From positions 12,834 to 76,833 of the forward strand of contig CAOKGO010000003.1 of assembly GCA_948468045.1 (NCBI GenBank): 64,000 bases of DNA, given 5' to 3'. Origin of the DNA: an uncultured Clostridium sp. Lineage in GTDB: Bacteria; Bacillota; Clostridia; TANB77; CAG-508. The notes below the pieces were generated by a model. It was given only the letters and a program-made list of their open reading frames with translations, made no database searches and was not told the origin of the DNA. A program made the translations under genes and the position numbers. This document shows, piece by piece, positions 21,603 to 32,105 of this stretch (the first letter of the stretch is position 1; every line of letters starts with the position of its first letter).

Positions 21603-23640
21603 TTAATCTATTGGCCCAAATAGTTCATCAAATTTGGCTTCTAGTTCTTTTTGTAAATCATATATGTCGCTATCGTCTTGTGGTAATATTGGCGCATCTT
21701 CATCAAACATTTCTAAGTCATGTAATGGTGATTCTAGTTTGTTTTCACTACTACTACTATTTGGTGATGGTTCTGATTTTTCCTTTTTTTGAGATGTGCT
21801 TGTTTCTTTAAAGCTTTCTAGTGGTTCGTCGTCAAATAGGTCGTCTAAAGATTCTACTTTTAAGTCTGCTACTTGTTTGCTTTTGTCTTTTTCTTCTACA
21901 TATGGGTTATATGGGTTGTATTTTCTCCATACTCCTCTGTCTTTTTCACCAATGTCATTGTGACTTATTTCAAGTACTGACATTTTCTTTGCCATTGGGT
22001 GTTTGAAGTAATAGAATTTTTTGGCTTTTACTGGTTTTACTCCTTTTTCGAAAATTATACAGTCGTCGTCTTCCATTCTACGAAGTTCGTCTGGTGTCAT
22101 TAATGCTCTTGCCATTACTTGGTCTGATACGGATTTTCCTGTTTTCCAGTTTTGCCTATCACGGTTGATTGATACACTGTCTCTTTCTATTGTTTTTTCT
22201 CCTAATGCTTTTGAAAAATATTCTACTGTTTTGTATGAGTTGCTTCCTAAAAATAAGTGTGTGTCACAGTTACCCATGATTGTTTCGTAAGATTTTTCAT
22301 ATACTGCTTCTAATTGGTCTATGTTTTGTAAGATTACACTAAATGATATTTTTCTACTTCTTGATGTTGATATTTTTTTGTCAAAGTCTGGTATTTTTCC
22401 TATGTTTGCAAACTCATCTAAAATGAAGAATGTTTGCTCTCTTAATTGTCCTCCATTTTGGTCTGCATAGTCATATAATTGTTGTATCATTTGTGAGAAG
22501 AATATTGTTAGTAAGAAGTCATAGGCTGTGTGTGTGTCTGATGATATAACATATACAGCTGTTTTTTTGTTTCCTATATCTTCGAAGTTTATTGTGTCTG
22601 TTGATGTGAGTTCTGCAATTTCTTTTGAGTCGAATTTTCCAAGTTTTGATTGCAATGAACTTAATATTGAACCATAAGTTTTTTCTGGTGCTATTTCAAT
22701 AGATTTATAGTACATTCTAGCTGGATGGTCATATGGTAATTGACTTATTAATTCTGTAAGTAAGTTACTTCCTCCATTGTTATTGGCTGCTCTTACAAGT
22801 TCTGCACAACTTGCTAGGTTTTGTTCTTCTTCTGGTCTTGTTGCTATTAAGTAGTATATTAATGCTTTTAATAGCATTTCTGCCATATCGTCCCAATATG
22901 GGTCTGATGTATTTCCGTCTGATTTTTGCCCTTTTACAACAGTGTTTGCTATTACGTCAACATCTAATTCTGATGCTATGTGCATTAATGGATTGTATCC
23001 ATCACTATATTGTGGTCTTACTAAGTTTAATACTTTTATTTCATATCCTTGTTGTTTTAAATATCCTGCTGTTCTATCATAGAGTTCTCCTTTTGGGTCT
23101 GTAAATATATAAGACCCTAAACATTGGAATGCGTTTGGTATAGAGTATGATGCTGATTTACCAGAACCTGAACCGTCCTACTACTAGAACATTTACATTT
23201 CCTCGTTTGTCTACTGGTAAATAGTTGTTTTCTGCTAAGATTATTCCTTTGTTTTTGTTTAATATTCTATATTGTTCTCCTCCTTGACTCCAATCACTAG
23301 AACCATGCTCAATATCTGTGAATTCATTTTTTGGTGCTGACCTTACAAAACCAATGAAAAAGAATACAGAATATATTATTGTTGTTACTAATAATGTTGA
23401 AAAATAGTTGCTTGTTGCTCCTTCAGAAAATACTTTTCCAAATGTTTGAAGTGGCTGTCCTAATGATTCTCCAAATGTTTGGATAAATACTTGTAGGTCC
23501 ATTTTTTCACTTTGTCCTGCTACATAGGAACTATGTGCAAAAGGCGAAACAAATACTATGGCTATAAATATCCATAGTATTGCAAATATTATGAAGTTTT
23601 TTTTGTTTCTTTTTATTGCTCCTTCAATTTTATAATTCAT
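21603..23640 (-). CDS. type IV secretion coupling protein (VirD4/TraG family); needs a +1 shift at in-frame CGG (23175..23173) inside Walker A
   Basis: Track ORFs 23158..23727 (two TM segments) and 21603..22985. The junction GGA-CGG-TTC read as G-(C)GGT gives NVLVVG-G-SGSGKSASYSIPNAFQCLGSYIFTDPKGELYDRTAGYLKQQGYEIKVLNLVRPQYSDGYNPLMHIASE... ATG at 23640 after AGGTG. Confidence 0.85.
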
Positions 23641-23665
23641 GAAATCACCTACTCTTTTGTGTAAA

Positions 23666-23947
23666 TTATCTTTCTTCGTCTTGCTCTTGTATATTATTAT
23701 TTCTTCCTGCTTTAATATTTCTTCCATCTCTTAATATTCTGTTAGTTGTTTTTCCATCTATTTCTATAGGTTTATGTCTTTGTACTTGAATAATCATATT
23801 TTTAATATTATCTCTTGCAACATCTGTTGTTACTGGTTCTTTTTCTTTTGATGTATCCTTTGCAGATTCTGGTGGAATTACTATTTTATCACCTTTTTCG
23901 TTTACATAGCTGAATCCTCCACATATCCAATAGTAATCTTTATTCAT
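23666..23947 (-). CDS. hypothetical protein (operon with the coupling protein)
   Basis: 93-aa ORF, tightly packed between 23950..24486 and the coupling-protein gene. I recognise no family. Confidence 0.4.
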   Translation of the reverse strand: MNKDYYWICGGFSYVNEKGDKIVIPPESAKDTSKEKEPVTTDVARDNIKNMIIQVQRHKPIEIDGKTTNRILRDGRNIKAGRNNNIQEQDEER

Positions 23948-23949
23948 TC

Positions 23950-24486
23950 TTACAATCCTCCTCCATTCTCTTTTTTGCTTCTAACTTCAAAAGCAAAATA
24001 AGATTTGTATGGTTTTAACTTACATTTTCCTTTTACTTCATTTGTTTTTTCATCAAAATAAAGCGTAGGCTTTATTTCTTCTGTAGTTTCTGGGTCTATA
24101 ATACAAATTGGTCTCTTTAAGTTTGGCGTGTATTGAAAATCTTTTACCTCAAATTCTTGCTCTTTATATAGGTTGTCAAATTTCATTGGTACTGGCTTTT
24201 TGCAAATTTTTACTTGCTCACCTTCTAATACTGCCATATTTACTACTACTTTTTCTTGTCCAAAAGACAAAATTACTAAGTGGTCTTCATCTTCAGATGG
24301 GTGGTCTACAAAAAATGTTTTTCTTTTCATTTCTCCTCGCAATTCTTCCATATAGTCTAGTCTTTCTAGTGTATATGGTGGAGCATCTTTTTGAAGTTCC
24401 TTTTGTGTTCTGTTTATTTGATAAACTACGGTATTAACCCCTTGTGGGTCTGTAATACTGAAATTTTTTCCTTCCCATTCTTCCAT
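23950..24486 (-). CDS. hypothetical protein (operon with the coupling protein)
   Basis: 178-aa ORF with a GAGAGGTAG RBS region. No recognisable motif. Confidence 0.4.
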   Translation of the reverse strand: MEEWEGKNFSITDPQGVNTVVYQINRTQKELQKDAPPYTLERLDYMEELRGEMKRKTFFVDHPSEDEDHLVILSFGQEKVVVNMAVLEGEQVKICKKPVPMKFDNLYKEQEFEVKDFQYTPNLKRPICIIDPETTEEIKPTLYFDEKTNEVKGKCKLKPYKSYFAFEVRSKKENGGGL

Positions 24487-24585
24487 TTTCTACCTCTCTT
24501 TTCTATGATTCTAATCCATAGTTCGTCTTTTGTTACAACACTATAATTAATTATAGCTAATTTTGTTTAATTTGTCAACATAAAA

Positions 24586-25464
24586 TTATGATATTTTTCC
24601 ATTTCTAGGATTAAAATTTGATATTTCATTTAATTTTTCAAACATTGCTTTTTCTTGTTTTGTTAATTGCTTTGGTACTACTACTTTTATTTCTGCAATT
24701 AAGTCTCCTCTTATGCCATTAGTGTCTTTATAACCTTTGTTAGGAATTTTTATTCTTTCTCCAGTTTGGATTCCTTGTGGGATATATACATTGGTTTCGT
24801 CATCAATAGACATTACGTTAGCTTTTGCACCTAAGGCTGCTTCCCATGGTGTTAGCAATAGGTCTGTATATATGTCATTTCCTTTTAATTTAAAAGATTT
24901 ACTATCTTCTATATTTATTTTTATTAATAAATCTCCATTTTTTCCGTCATTTTCGCTTGGCTTTCCTTGCCCAATTAGACGAATCTTTTCTCCATTTTGA
25001 ATACCTTGTGGAATTGTAATTGAAAGATTTTTTATGTTTCCTTCTATTGTTCTTAAAGCAATCATTTTTTCTGCTCCATAGAAAGCTTCTTGTATTCCAA
25101 CATTTATTTCTGTTTCGATGTTTTCACCTTTTATTGCTGTTTTATTGTAAACATTTTTTACTTCTTGTTCTACATTCCCTAAAAACATTGTAAATATTGT
25201 TCTTTCCCCTTTTCCAGAAAATGCTTTTTGTGCTTTTCCATAGCGAGCATTCCATGTTCTGTCATATTTTCTTTTGGATGCTGGAACAGATAATATTTTG
25301 TATGCTTCATTTATGTCTTTGATTTTTTCTTCTGCTAGCTTGTCCCCTACATTTAAGTCTGGATGGTGCTTTTTAGCAGCTTGCCTATAAGCAATTTTTA
25401 TTTCTTCTATTGAAACATGGCTTGTTTCTAAGCCTAATATTTTATAATAATTTTTGAAAACCAT
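24586..25464 (-). CDS. J-domain co-chaperone, CbpA-like (DnaJ without the zinc finger)
   Basis: YYKILGLE..AYRQAAKKHHPDLN (HPD) plus C-terminal DnaJ_C beta domains. ATG at 25464, 8 nt after AAGGA. Confidence 0.75.
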   Translation of the reverse strand: MVFKNYYKILGLETSHVSIEEIKIAYRQAAKKHHPDLNVGDKLAEEKIKDINEAYKILSVPASKRKYDRTWNARYGKAQKAFSGKGERTIFTMFLGNVEQEVKNVYNKTAIKGENIETEINVGIQEAFYGAEKMIALRTIEGNIKNLSITIPQGIQNGEKIRLIGQGKPSENDGKNGDLLIKINIEDSKSFKLKGNDIYTDLLLTPWEAALGAKANVMSIDDETNVYIPQGIQTGERIKIPNKGYKDTNGIRGDLIAEIKVVVPKQLTKQEKAMFEKLNEISNFNPRNGKIS

Positions 25465-25514
25465 TTTTAACATCCTTTTTTGTTTTTATAATTAGACACA
25501 TTATATCACAAAAT

Positions 25515-25545
25515 GAAAAAAAATCCATAGTTTTTATGGATTTTC
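25515..25545 (-). terminator. rho-independent terminator downstream of ddl
   Basis: On the minus strand, AAAATCCATAAAAACTATGGATTTT is followed by a T-run. Confidence 0.65.
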
Positions 25546-25629
25546 TTAATTTTATAGAAAAATCAGAAATTTCTCTTATAACATGAGAAAAACTGAAATT
25601 ATATTGTATTAGGGTTTTTCAATTTGTTT

Positions 25630-26635
25630 CTATATTGTTATTAATTTATCCAATAGTTCTGAATAATTAATTCCTGTTGCTTCAAATAATTTTGGGTACA
25701 TACTAATTTTTGTAAAACCTGGTAATGTATTTATTTCATTTATATAAATCTGATTTGTTTTTTCTTCTATAAAGAAGTCTACTCTTGACAACCCTTTACC
25801 ACTAATTGCTTTAAATGCTTTTATCGCTTGTTTTCTGATTTCATCTGATAGTTCTTTTGCAATATCAGCAGGAATCTGAGTTTTTGATTGTTCATTTTCA
25901 TATTTTGCTTCATAACTATAAAATTCTTCTGCTGACTTAACTTCTCCTACAACAGATGCAATTACTTCTTCTTTACCAAGCACTGCACATTCTACTTCTC
26001 TACCAACAATACCCTCTTCTATTAGAATTTTATTGTCAAATTCTGATGCGTGTTTTATGTATTGTTTTAATTCCTCTTTATTTCTTGCTTTATTCACTCC
26101 TACGCTAGAACCTGAATTTGATGGCTTTATAAACATAGGATATTTAATTTTTGTTTCAACTCTTTTAGCAACTTCTTCTAATGTTAAAACTTCTTCATCA
26201 AAATTTTTATTAACATAAATATATTTATCATCATATTTGCGTATATATTCATATTTTGCTTGCTTTAAACCAGCTTTATCAAAAATGGTTTTAGTATACA
26301 CTTTATCCATTCCGACACTAGAGGCAAGTACTCCGACACCCTACATATGGTTTTTTTAACAACTCTAGTAACCCCTGTATTGTACCATCTTCCCCATATA
26401 AGCCATGTAAAACCGGAAAGATAATATCTAGGTTTTGCAAATATTCTACAATATTTGTTATCTTTTCTTGACTTTGATTACCTTTATACCAATTTCCATC
26501 CTTGCTAATATAAATTGGATATACATCATATTTTTCTTTATTTAAATTTTCTAAAATAGATTTGGCAGACATAATAGAAACTTCATTTTCTGTTGACATT
26601 CCTCCAAAAATAACACCTAATTTTGTTTTTGACAT
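25630..26635 (-). CDS. ddl: D-alanine--D-alanine ligase; needs a +1 shift at in-frame CGG (26335..26333)
   Basis: Track ORFs 26318..26641 and 25630..26310. The junction TGT-CGG-AGT read as C-(C)GGA gives ..[32 protein letters not shown].., the conserved Ddl linker. ATG at 26635 after GAGGAAG. Confidence 0.9.
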
Positions 26636-26668
26636 AAACAAACTTCCTCTCTTTTTTAATAAATATTT

Positions 26669-28066
26669 TTAAAATGCACTATTTAACAAATTTTCTGCTA
26701 TTTCATAAAATTTCATTCCATTTGATGCTTTTATTAAAACAACATCTTTAAGTCTTACTTCTTTTTGTAAAGCTTTTTCTAGTTCATTTTTATCTTCAAA
26801 ATAATATATATTTTCTGGTAACATTCCTTTTTCTTCTGCTTTTTTTGCTATATATTTAGCATTTTCTCCTTGACACATTAATACATCAATTCCATTTTTA
26901 TAAACTGCTTCCCCTACTTGTTCATGGAAATCTTTAGAGTATTCCCCTAATTCTAGCATATCTCCAAGTACTGCAATAGTGCGATTTTCATTATATTCTG
27001 ATAAATATTTAAGACTTGCTTTCATAGATTCTAGCCCTGCATTATAGGCATCATTAATAATTTTTATGCCATTTTTTAATTCTGTAATTTCCATTCTCTT
27101 TTTAGTTAGTTCAAACTCTTCAATTCCTTGTTTTATTTTATTTGTTTCGATATTTAGCAATTTTCCTACACTTACAGCACATAAAGCATTTAAAACAAAA
27201 TGTTCTCCACCTACTGGGACATTTATGTTTATTTCTTGATTTTCAATTTTACAATTAAATTTACTTCCATTTTTATTTAGCATAATATCTGTTGCTTGGT
27301 AATTGCTTTCATTTTCAATCCCAAATGTTGTTATGTTCCTTTTTTTCTTATTTTCCTCTTGCCATTTATGTAATAAATCATTATCATTATTAACTACAAT
27401 ACTTGGATTTTCTGTGCCTTCTAAAATCTCTAGCTTTGCTTTTAATATGTTTTCTCTTGAACCTAAGTTTCCAATATGTGCTGTTCCAATATTTGTAATA
27501 ACACAAATATCTGGTTTTGCTATATTACTTAATAAACTAATTTCTCCCAAATGGTTCATTCCCATTTCTAAAACTATTGCCTCTTCATCTTGCAATTTTA
27601 ATATTGTAAATGGCAAACCAATGTTATTGTTGTTGTTTCCAATTGTTTTTAGGGTTTTATATTTTTGTGAAACTACACTTGCTACCATATCTTTTGTGCT
27701 AGTTTTTCCAACACTTCCTGTTATTGCAACAACTGGTATTTTACATAAATTTCTTTTTAATTTGGCTATTTCATAAAGTGCTTGTAATGTGTCTTTTACT
27801 TTGATTATGTTTTTGCTTTCATATTTTTTTATGTCTTCTTTTTTATATTGTATTTCAGATACAATTACACAGTCTGCTCCTTTTTCTAATGCATGTTCCC
27901 AAAATAAATTTCCATTAAAATTTTCTCCCTTTATTGCTATATATGTATCCCCTTTTTGAATTGTTCTTGTGTCTTTTGAAAAGTTTTTACAAATATATTC
28001 TTGGTTTCCTTGTATTAACTCTGCATTTGTTACTTTTATGATTTCCTTTAAACTTAAATTTCTCAT
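26669..28066 (-). CDS. murF: UDP-N-acetylmuramoyl-tripeptide--D-alanyl-D-alanine ligase
   Basis: ITGSVGKTSTKD P-loop, the Mur ligase middle and C-terminal domains, and adjacency to ddl. Confidence 0.9.
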   Translation of the reverse strand: MRNLSLKEIIKVTNAELIQGNQEYICKNFSKDTRTIQKGDTYIAIKGENFNGNLFWEHALEKGADCVIVSEIQYKKEDIKKYESKNIIKVKDTLQALYEIAKLKRNLCKIPVVAITGSVGKTSTKDMVASVVSQKYKTLKTIGNNNNNIGLPFTILKLQDEEAIVLEMGMNHLGEISLLSNIAKPDICVITNIGTAHIGNLGSRENILKAKLEILEGTENPSIVVNNDNDLLHKWQEENKKKRNITTFGIENESNYQATDIMLNKNGSKFNCKIENQEININVPVGGEHFVLNALCAVSVGKLLNIETNKIKQGIEEFELTKKRMEITELKNGIKIINDAYNAGLESMKASLKYLSEYNENRTIAVLGDMLELGEYSKDFHEQVGEAVYKNGIDVLMCQGENAKYIAKKAEEKGMLPENIYYFEDKNELEKALQKEVRLKDVVLIKASNGMKFYEIAENLLNSAF

Positions 28067-28143
28067 GACATTTCCTCTTTTTTTATTAGATTATATGTCA
28101 CAATATTAATTTTTGCAACTAGTTTTTATAATATTATTACATA

Positions 28144-29586
28144 TCATTCCAAATACAGTTCATAAATATGTACTGGATCCCCATATGACCCATTAGCACG
28201 ATAATAAAATTGCAAAACCACATTTAGTGGATTTTTTGCACCAGTCATATTTAATGTAAAATTTGTTGGGCCAAAAGCTGGAGCATCATTTCTATATAAC
28301 TCCATACCACCAAATGATGAATCTGCATATCCATAATTATTATCTGTTTTTTTAACAGGTGTTGTTCCTGCTCTAAGACTTAGTCCTGATTGTTCTCCAC
28401 CAGTTGGACCTGGACTTGAAAGTTTACAACATATTCTATTATATCTTTGACCATCTCCAATATACCAAGATACTCCCCAGGAATACCATGACATCCTATT
28501 TTCAGCTGCAATAAATTTCACAAATCCAGATTCTTGTGTTAATTTTGCTCCATCTCCTGCTAAAGTATAATTTGAATTCTTTAATACTCCATTTTGAATA
28601 ATATATAAAGGTACTTTTACCCTTACTCCTTGTGAAGATACGGTTTCTTTCATATTTCCAGCTTTATCAATTGTTAGTACATGTAAATAATAAGTTCCTT
28701 CTGTTTTTCCACTTAGTATTATTTTATCCTCTATTTCTTTGGTAAATTCTCCTTCATTATATCGAGATATATCTTCTGTTCCTATTGGAGAATTACTAGT
28801 TGTTAAAACCCATTTACATTTTTCTATATCTACACCACTTAAATTATCACTCTGACTTACTGTTGCTGTAATTGTTTGTCCTTCTAATATTTCATTAGTG
28901 CTAAAACTAATTGTTGCATCATTTGGAATGTCTTTATCAATATTAGTTATATTTTCTGTTGCATTTCCACTTACCTCGTCAAGCTCATTTATTAGCCTTG
29001 CAAAAATCATTCCATTTTGCCCTACTAATATTGGTTTTTCATAGTTAGCCCAATTGTTTGCGTCTGTTGAATATTGCAAAATATTTTTTCCAATTTCTAT
29101 ATTTGCTATTATTTCTACTGTTACATCTTCATTTGTGTATTTATCTTTTGGTGATATGGTAAATGTTATATCACTCTCTTGTAAATTTGGTGGTGGATTT
29201 TTCCCTTGTGTTCCTATATATTTTATTTCATTTTCAGTTATTTTGTATACATATTTTTCTTTTGTTACAACATTTATAGTTTCATCATTTTTTCTATTAA
29301 TCTCTGAATTTGTAAATTTTTCTTCTTTAGGTATCTCTTTTTCAAACTCATCTAAATATTTCTTATTATTCCAGTTGTTCATAATCTTATCAGTTTTTAA
29401 TCCATTTGCTATTACTTTAAGTATTTCTTCATATTCTTTCTTTTTAGTTTCTTCTTCTGCTAAATTAGCTTTACTTAATATTCCATTTTCTCCTGTTAAT
29501 GTTGCTATTGTAATTCCTGCTAATATTAGAAGAATTATAATAGTTATAACTAAAGCTATCAGAGTTATTCCCTTTTGTTTTTTCAT
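28144..29586 (-). CDS. protein with a prepilin-type N-terminal hydrophobic/methylation-like segment and a large C-terminal domain
   Basis: The N-terminus MKKQKGITLIALVITIIILLILAGITIA resembles a class III (type IV pilin-like) signal. The remaining roughly 440 aa have no family I recognise. Confidence 0.5.
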   Translation of the reverse strand: MKKQKGITLIALVITIIILLILAGITIATLTGENGILSKANLAEEETKKKEYEEILKVIANGLKTDKIMNNWNNKKYLDEFEKEIPKEEKFTNSEINRKNDETINVVTKEKYVYKITENEIKYIGTQGKNPPPNLQESDITFTISPKDKYTNEDVTVEIIANIEIGKNILQYSTDANNWANYEKPILVGQNGMIFARLINELDEVSGNATENITNIDKDIPNDATISFSTNEILEGQTITATVSQSDNLSGVDIEKCKWVLTTSNSPIGTEDISRYNEGEFTKEIEDKIILSGKTEGTYYLHVLTIDKAGNMKETVSSQGVRVKVPLYIIQNGVLKNSNYTLAGDGAKLTQESGFVKFIAAENRMSWYSWGVSWYIGDGQRYNRICCKLSSPGPTGGEQSGLSLRAGTTPVKKTDNNYGYADSSFGGMELYRNDAPAFGPTNFTLNMTGAKNPLNVVLQFYYRANGSYGDPVHIYELYLE

Positions 29587-29696
29587 TCAATTATTCCTCC
29601 TTTGTTTATTTTCTTACTTAAAGTTTTCAATATATAAATAATATCATTAATTTAATTAATTATCAATATGTAAAATAAGGATTACATAAAATTAAT

Positions 29697-29775
29697 GTTC
29701 GCCTGCCAAATTTGCTTTGCAAATTTGTGTAGAATATTTTATGTTATGGGGAAATCGGAGATTTTTCCTATAACA
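29697..29775 (+). repeat. three-hairpin intergenic repeat, locus 4 (type 2 H2+H3; H1 truncated)
   Basis: GTTCGCCTGCCAAATTTGCTTTGCAAATTTGTGTAGAAT..GTTATGGGGAAATCGGAGATTTTTCCTATAAC. Confidence 0.8.
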
Positions 29776-29916
29776 CAAAAAAACTGATGTATTTTAGTCT
29801 AGGCTCTAAAATACACCAGATATCCTTTGGGAGGGATGAAAAAATCATGGTTGCTAAATTGATATCTTTAATTGATAACCATGATTTTTGCCTCCATCCC
29901 AAAATAGGTTTTAATT

Positions 29917-29949
29917 TTAGGAAGTTTAGAAAACTTTCCTATAATATAA
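29917..29949 (+). repeat. isolated type 1 H3 hairpin abutting the SASP stop codon
   Basis: TTTAGGAAGTTTAGAAAACTTTCCTATAATATA. Confidence 0.7.
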
Positions 29950-29950
29950 A

Positions 29951-30130
29951 CTATTTTGTTTCTACACTTCTGTTAGCTATTTCAATTGCTTTTGTTACAA
30001 TGTTTCCACATTGTTTTGATGAAACATTTGCCCAGCTTCCACCATCTTGTTTTACTTGGTCATAAACACCTAATTCTTTTGCTATTTCTTCCCTTAAATT
30101 TTCAGATATTAATTTACTATTTCTAGACAT
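29951..30130 (-). CDS. alpha/beta-type small acid-soluble spore protein
   Basis: 59-aa ORF, just below the track cutoff: MSRNSKLISENLREEIAKELGVYDQVKQDGGSWANVSSKQCGNIVTKAIEIANRSVETK. It has the SASP signature (..EIA.ELGV..., ...SS.QCG.IVK.AIE.A) and a GGGAGG RBS. The track ORF 29787..30065(+) is its antisense shadow. Confidence 0.8.
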   Translation of the reverse strand: MSRNSKLISENLREEIAKELGVYDQVKQDGGSWANVSSKQCGNIVTKAIEIANRSVETK

Positions 30131-30370
30131 AACATCCTCCCTTAAGAATTCTTTATAGAATTTTTTTCATAAAACTTAATTTTAAGTTTTATAATTATAG
30201 TATAAACATTTTTTTTTATTTTATTTTGACAATTTTTAAGTTTTTTACACTTTTTTTGCTAAAATATGATATAATAAATTTGTTGTGAAAAATAATATTT
30301 TTGAATTTTAATTTGTGTATTTGGTTATTATTATTTTAACTGAATTATCACGTTTTAGAAAGGATTTATC

Positions 30371-32075
30371 TTGAAAATGAGTAATAAAAATGAGCTTTTA
30401 GAAAAAAATGAAAATACTCAGATGACTAATTCTTTACCCTCAAATGAAAAATCAGAAAATACAAAAAATGAACTTCAAGAAAAAACATTTACTGCCAAAA
30501 CTGACGACAATCAAACTACAAAAAATGTTTCTAAAGAATTAAATGAGAAAATTGATTCTAGTGAACAAATTTCTGATAAAATAGAAGAAACTAAAAAGTT
30601 TACATTTGCTCCAATTCCTAAAAAATCAAATGATGTATTGTCTGTTTTTACGTTATTAGTTGTTCTGTTTTTTACAATTGTATTATTGATTTTTGTTGGA
30701 TTTACTATTTATAATGTATTTAATCCAAATATCATTTCTGGTGTATCAATAAAAGGTGTTGATGTTTCACATTTAAGTCCATCTGATGCAAAATATCAAT
30801 TAGACAATTATTTATCAAATAAATTACCTGAAGAAATTAAAGTTACACATAATGATTTTGAAACTACTATTTCTTTAGCACAAATGGGAATTCGATTTGA
30901 TACAAAAGCTGCAACAAATTCAGCGTTTTCAATAGCTAGAAATGGTAATGCATTTGAAAATAATTGGGTTGTTTTGAGAACAATGTTTGATAAAGTTAAT
31001 ATAGAACCTAACATAATGTTTGATAAAGAATTATTAACAAAAAATTTGGAAGATATTTCTACTCAACTTCCAGATAAGGTTGTTCAAAGTAGTTATTATA
31101 TAGAGGAAAAAGACTTGATTATTACCTCTGGAAAAGAGGGAAATGTTGTTGACGTAGATGCTACAATTCAATCAATTGTAAATTCTATTTCTAATTTTTC
31201 TGCATTGAATACACCTATTGAACTTAGTGTAAAGACAAAACAACCAGATAAAATTGATGTTGAAAAAATTTATAATGAGGTCAAAAAAGACCCTGTTGAT
31301 GCATATTACACAAAAGACCCTTTTGCTGTTCATCCTTCTGAAAATGGAGTTGATTTTAATATTTCTTTAGAAGAAGCAACAAATATTGTAACTAGTGAGT
31401 CTAAAGAAGAATACATAATTCCTTTAAAATTTATTGTTCCTAATATTACTACTAATATGATTGGTACTGAAGCTTTTCCAGATATGTTGTCTACTTTTTC
31501 TACCAAATATGCTGCTAGTAATAGGAATAGAACTACTAATTTGATTTTAGCTGCAAATAAGATTAATGGAACTGTATTAATGCCTGGTGAAACTTTTTCT
31601 TATAATAAGGTTGTTGGTGCAAGAACTATTGCTGCTGGCTATAAAGAAGCTCCTATTTATGTTGAAGGTAGAGTTGAAGATGGACTTCGGTGGTGGTATT
31701 TGCCAAATTACTTCTACTTTGTATAATGCTGTTGTTTATGCAAATTTAGAGGTAACTCAAAGGGCTAATCATCAATTTGTACCATCTTATGTGACTGCTA
31801 GTCGTGACGCTACTGTTGTTTATGGGGCTATTGATTTTCAGTTTAAGAATAATAGGAATTATCCAATTAAGTTAGTTTGCTCTGTGGCTGGTGGTGTTGC
31901 TAATTTTCAAATTTTTGGCATGAGACAAGATGATGATGTTGAGGTTCAAATTTCTTCTTATGAGACTGGTAGAACTGCTACTGCAATTTATTCAGAGTCT
32001 TATAAAATTTTGAAACGTGGTGGGCAAGTAATTGATAAACAGTTGATGTCAAAAGATACATATAAAAGACATTAA
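30371..32075 (+). CDS. VanW-family protein (TM anchor + PG-binding + VanW domain); needs a +1 shift at in-frame CGG (31688..31690)
   Basis: Track ORFs 30371..31726 and 31587..32075. The junction CTT-CGG-TGG read as L-(C)GGT gives ..EGRVEDGL-G-GGICQITSTLYNAVVYANLEVTQRANH.., the VanW core motif. Confidence 0.85.
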
Positions 32076-32105
32076 GAGGAATCCATTGGATTCCTCTTAT
32101 GTTTT
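32074..32105 (+). terminator. rho-independent terminator downstream of the VanW gene
   Basis: AAGAGGAATCCATTGGATTCCTCTT followed by ATGTTTT. Confidence 0.75.

Noticed and set aside
29787-30065. 92-aa plus-strand ORF in the track.
   Set aside because: Its sequence is not protein-like and it has no RBS. The opposite strand encodes a textbook alpha/beta-type SASP (29951..30130) with a GGGAGG RBS.
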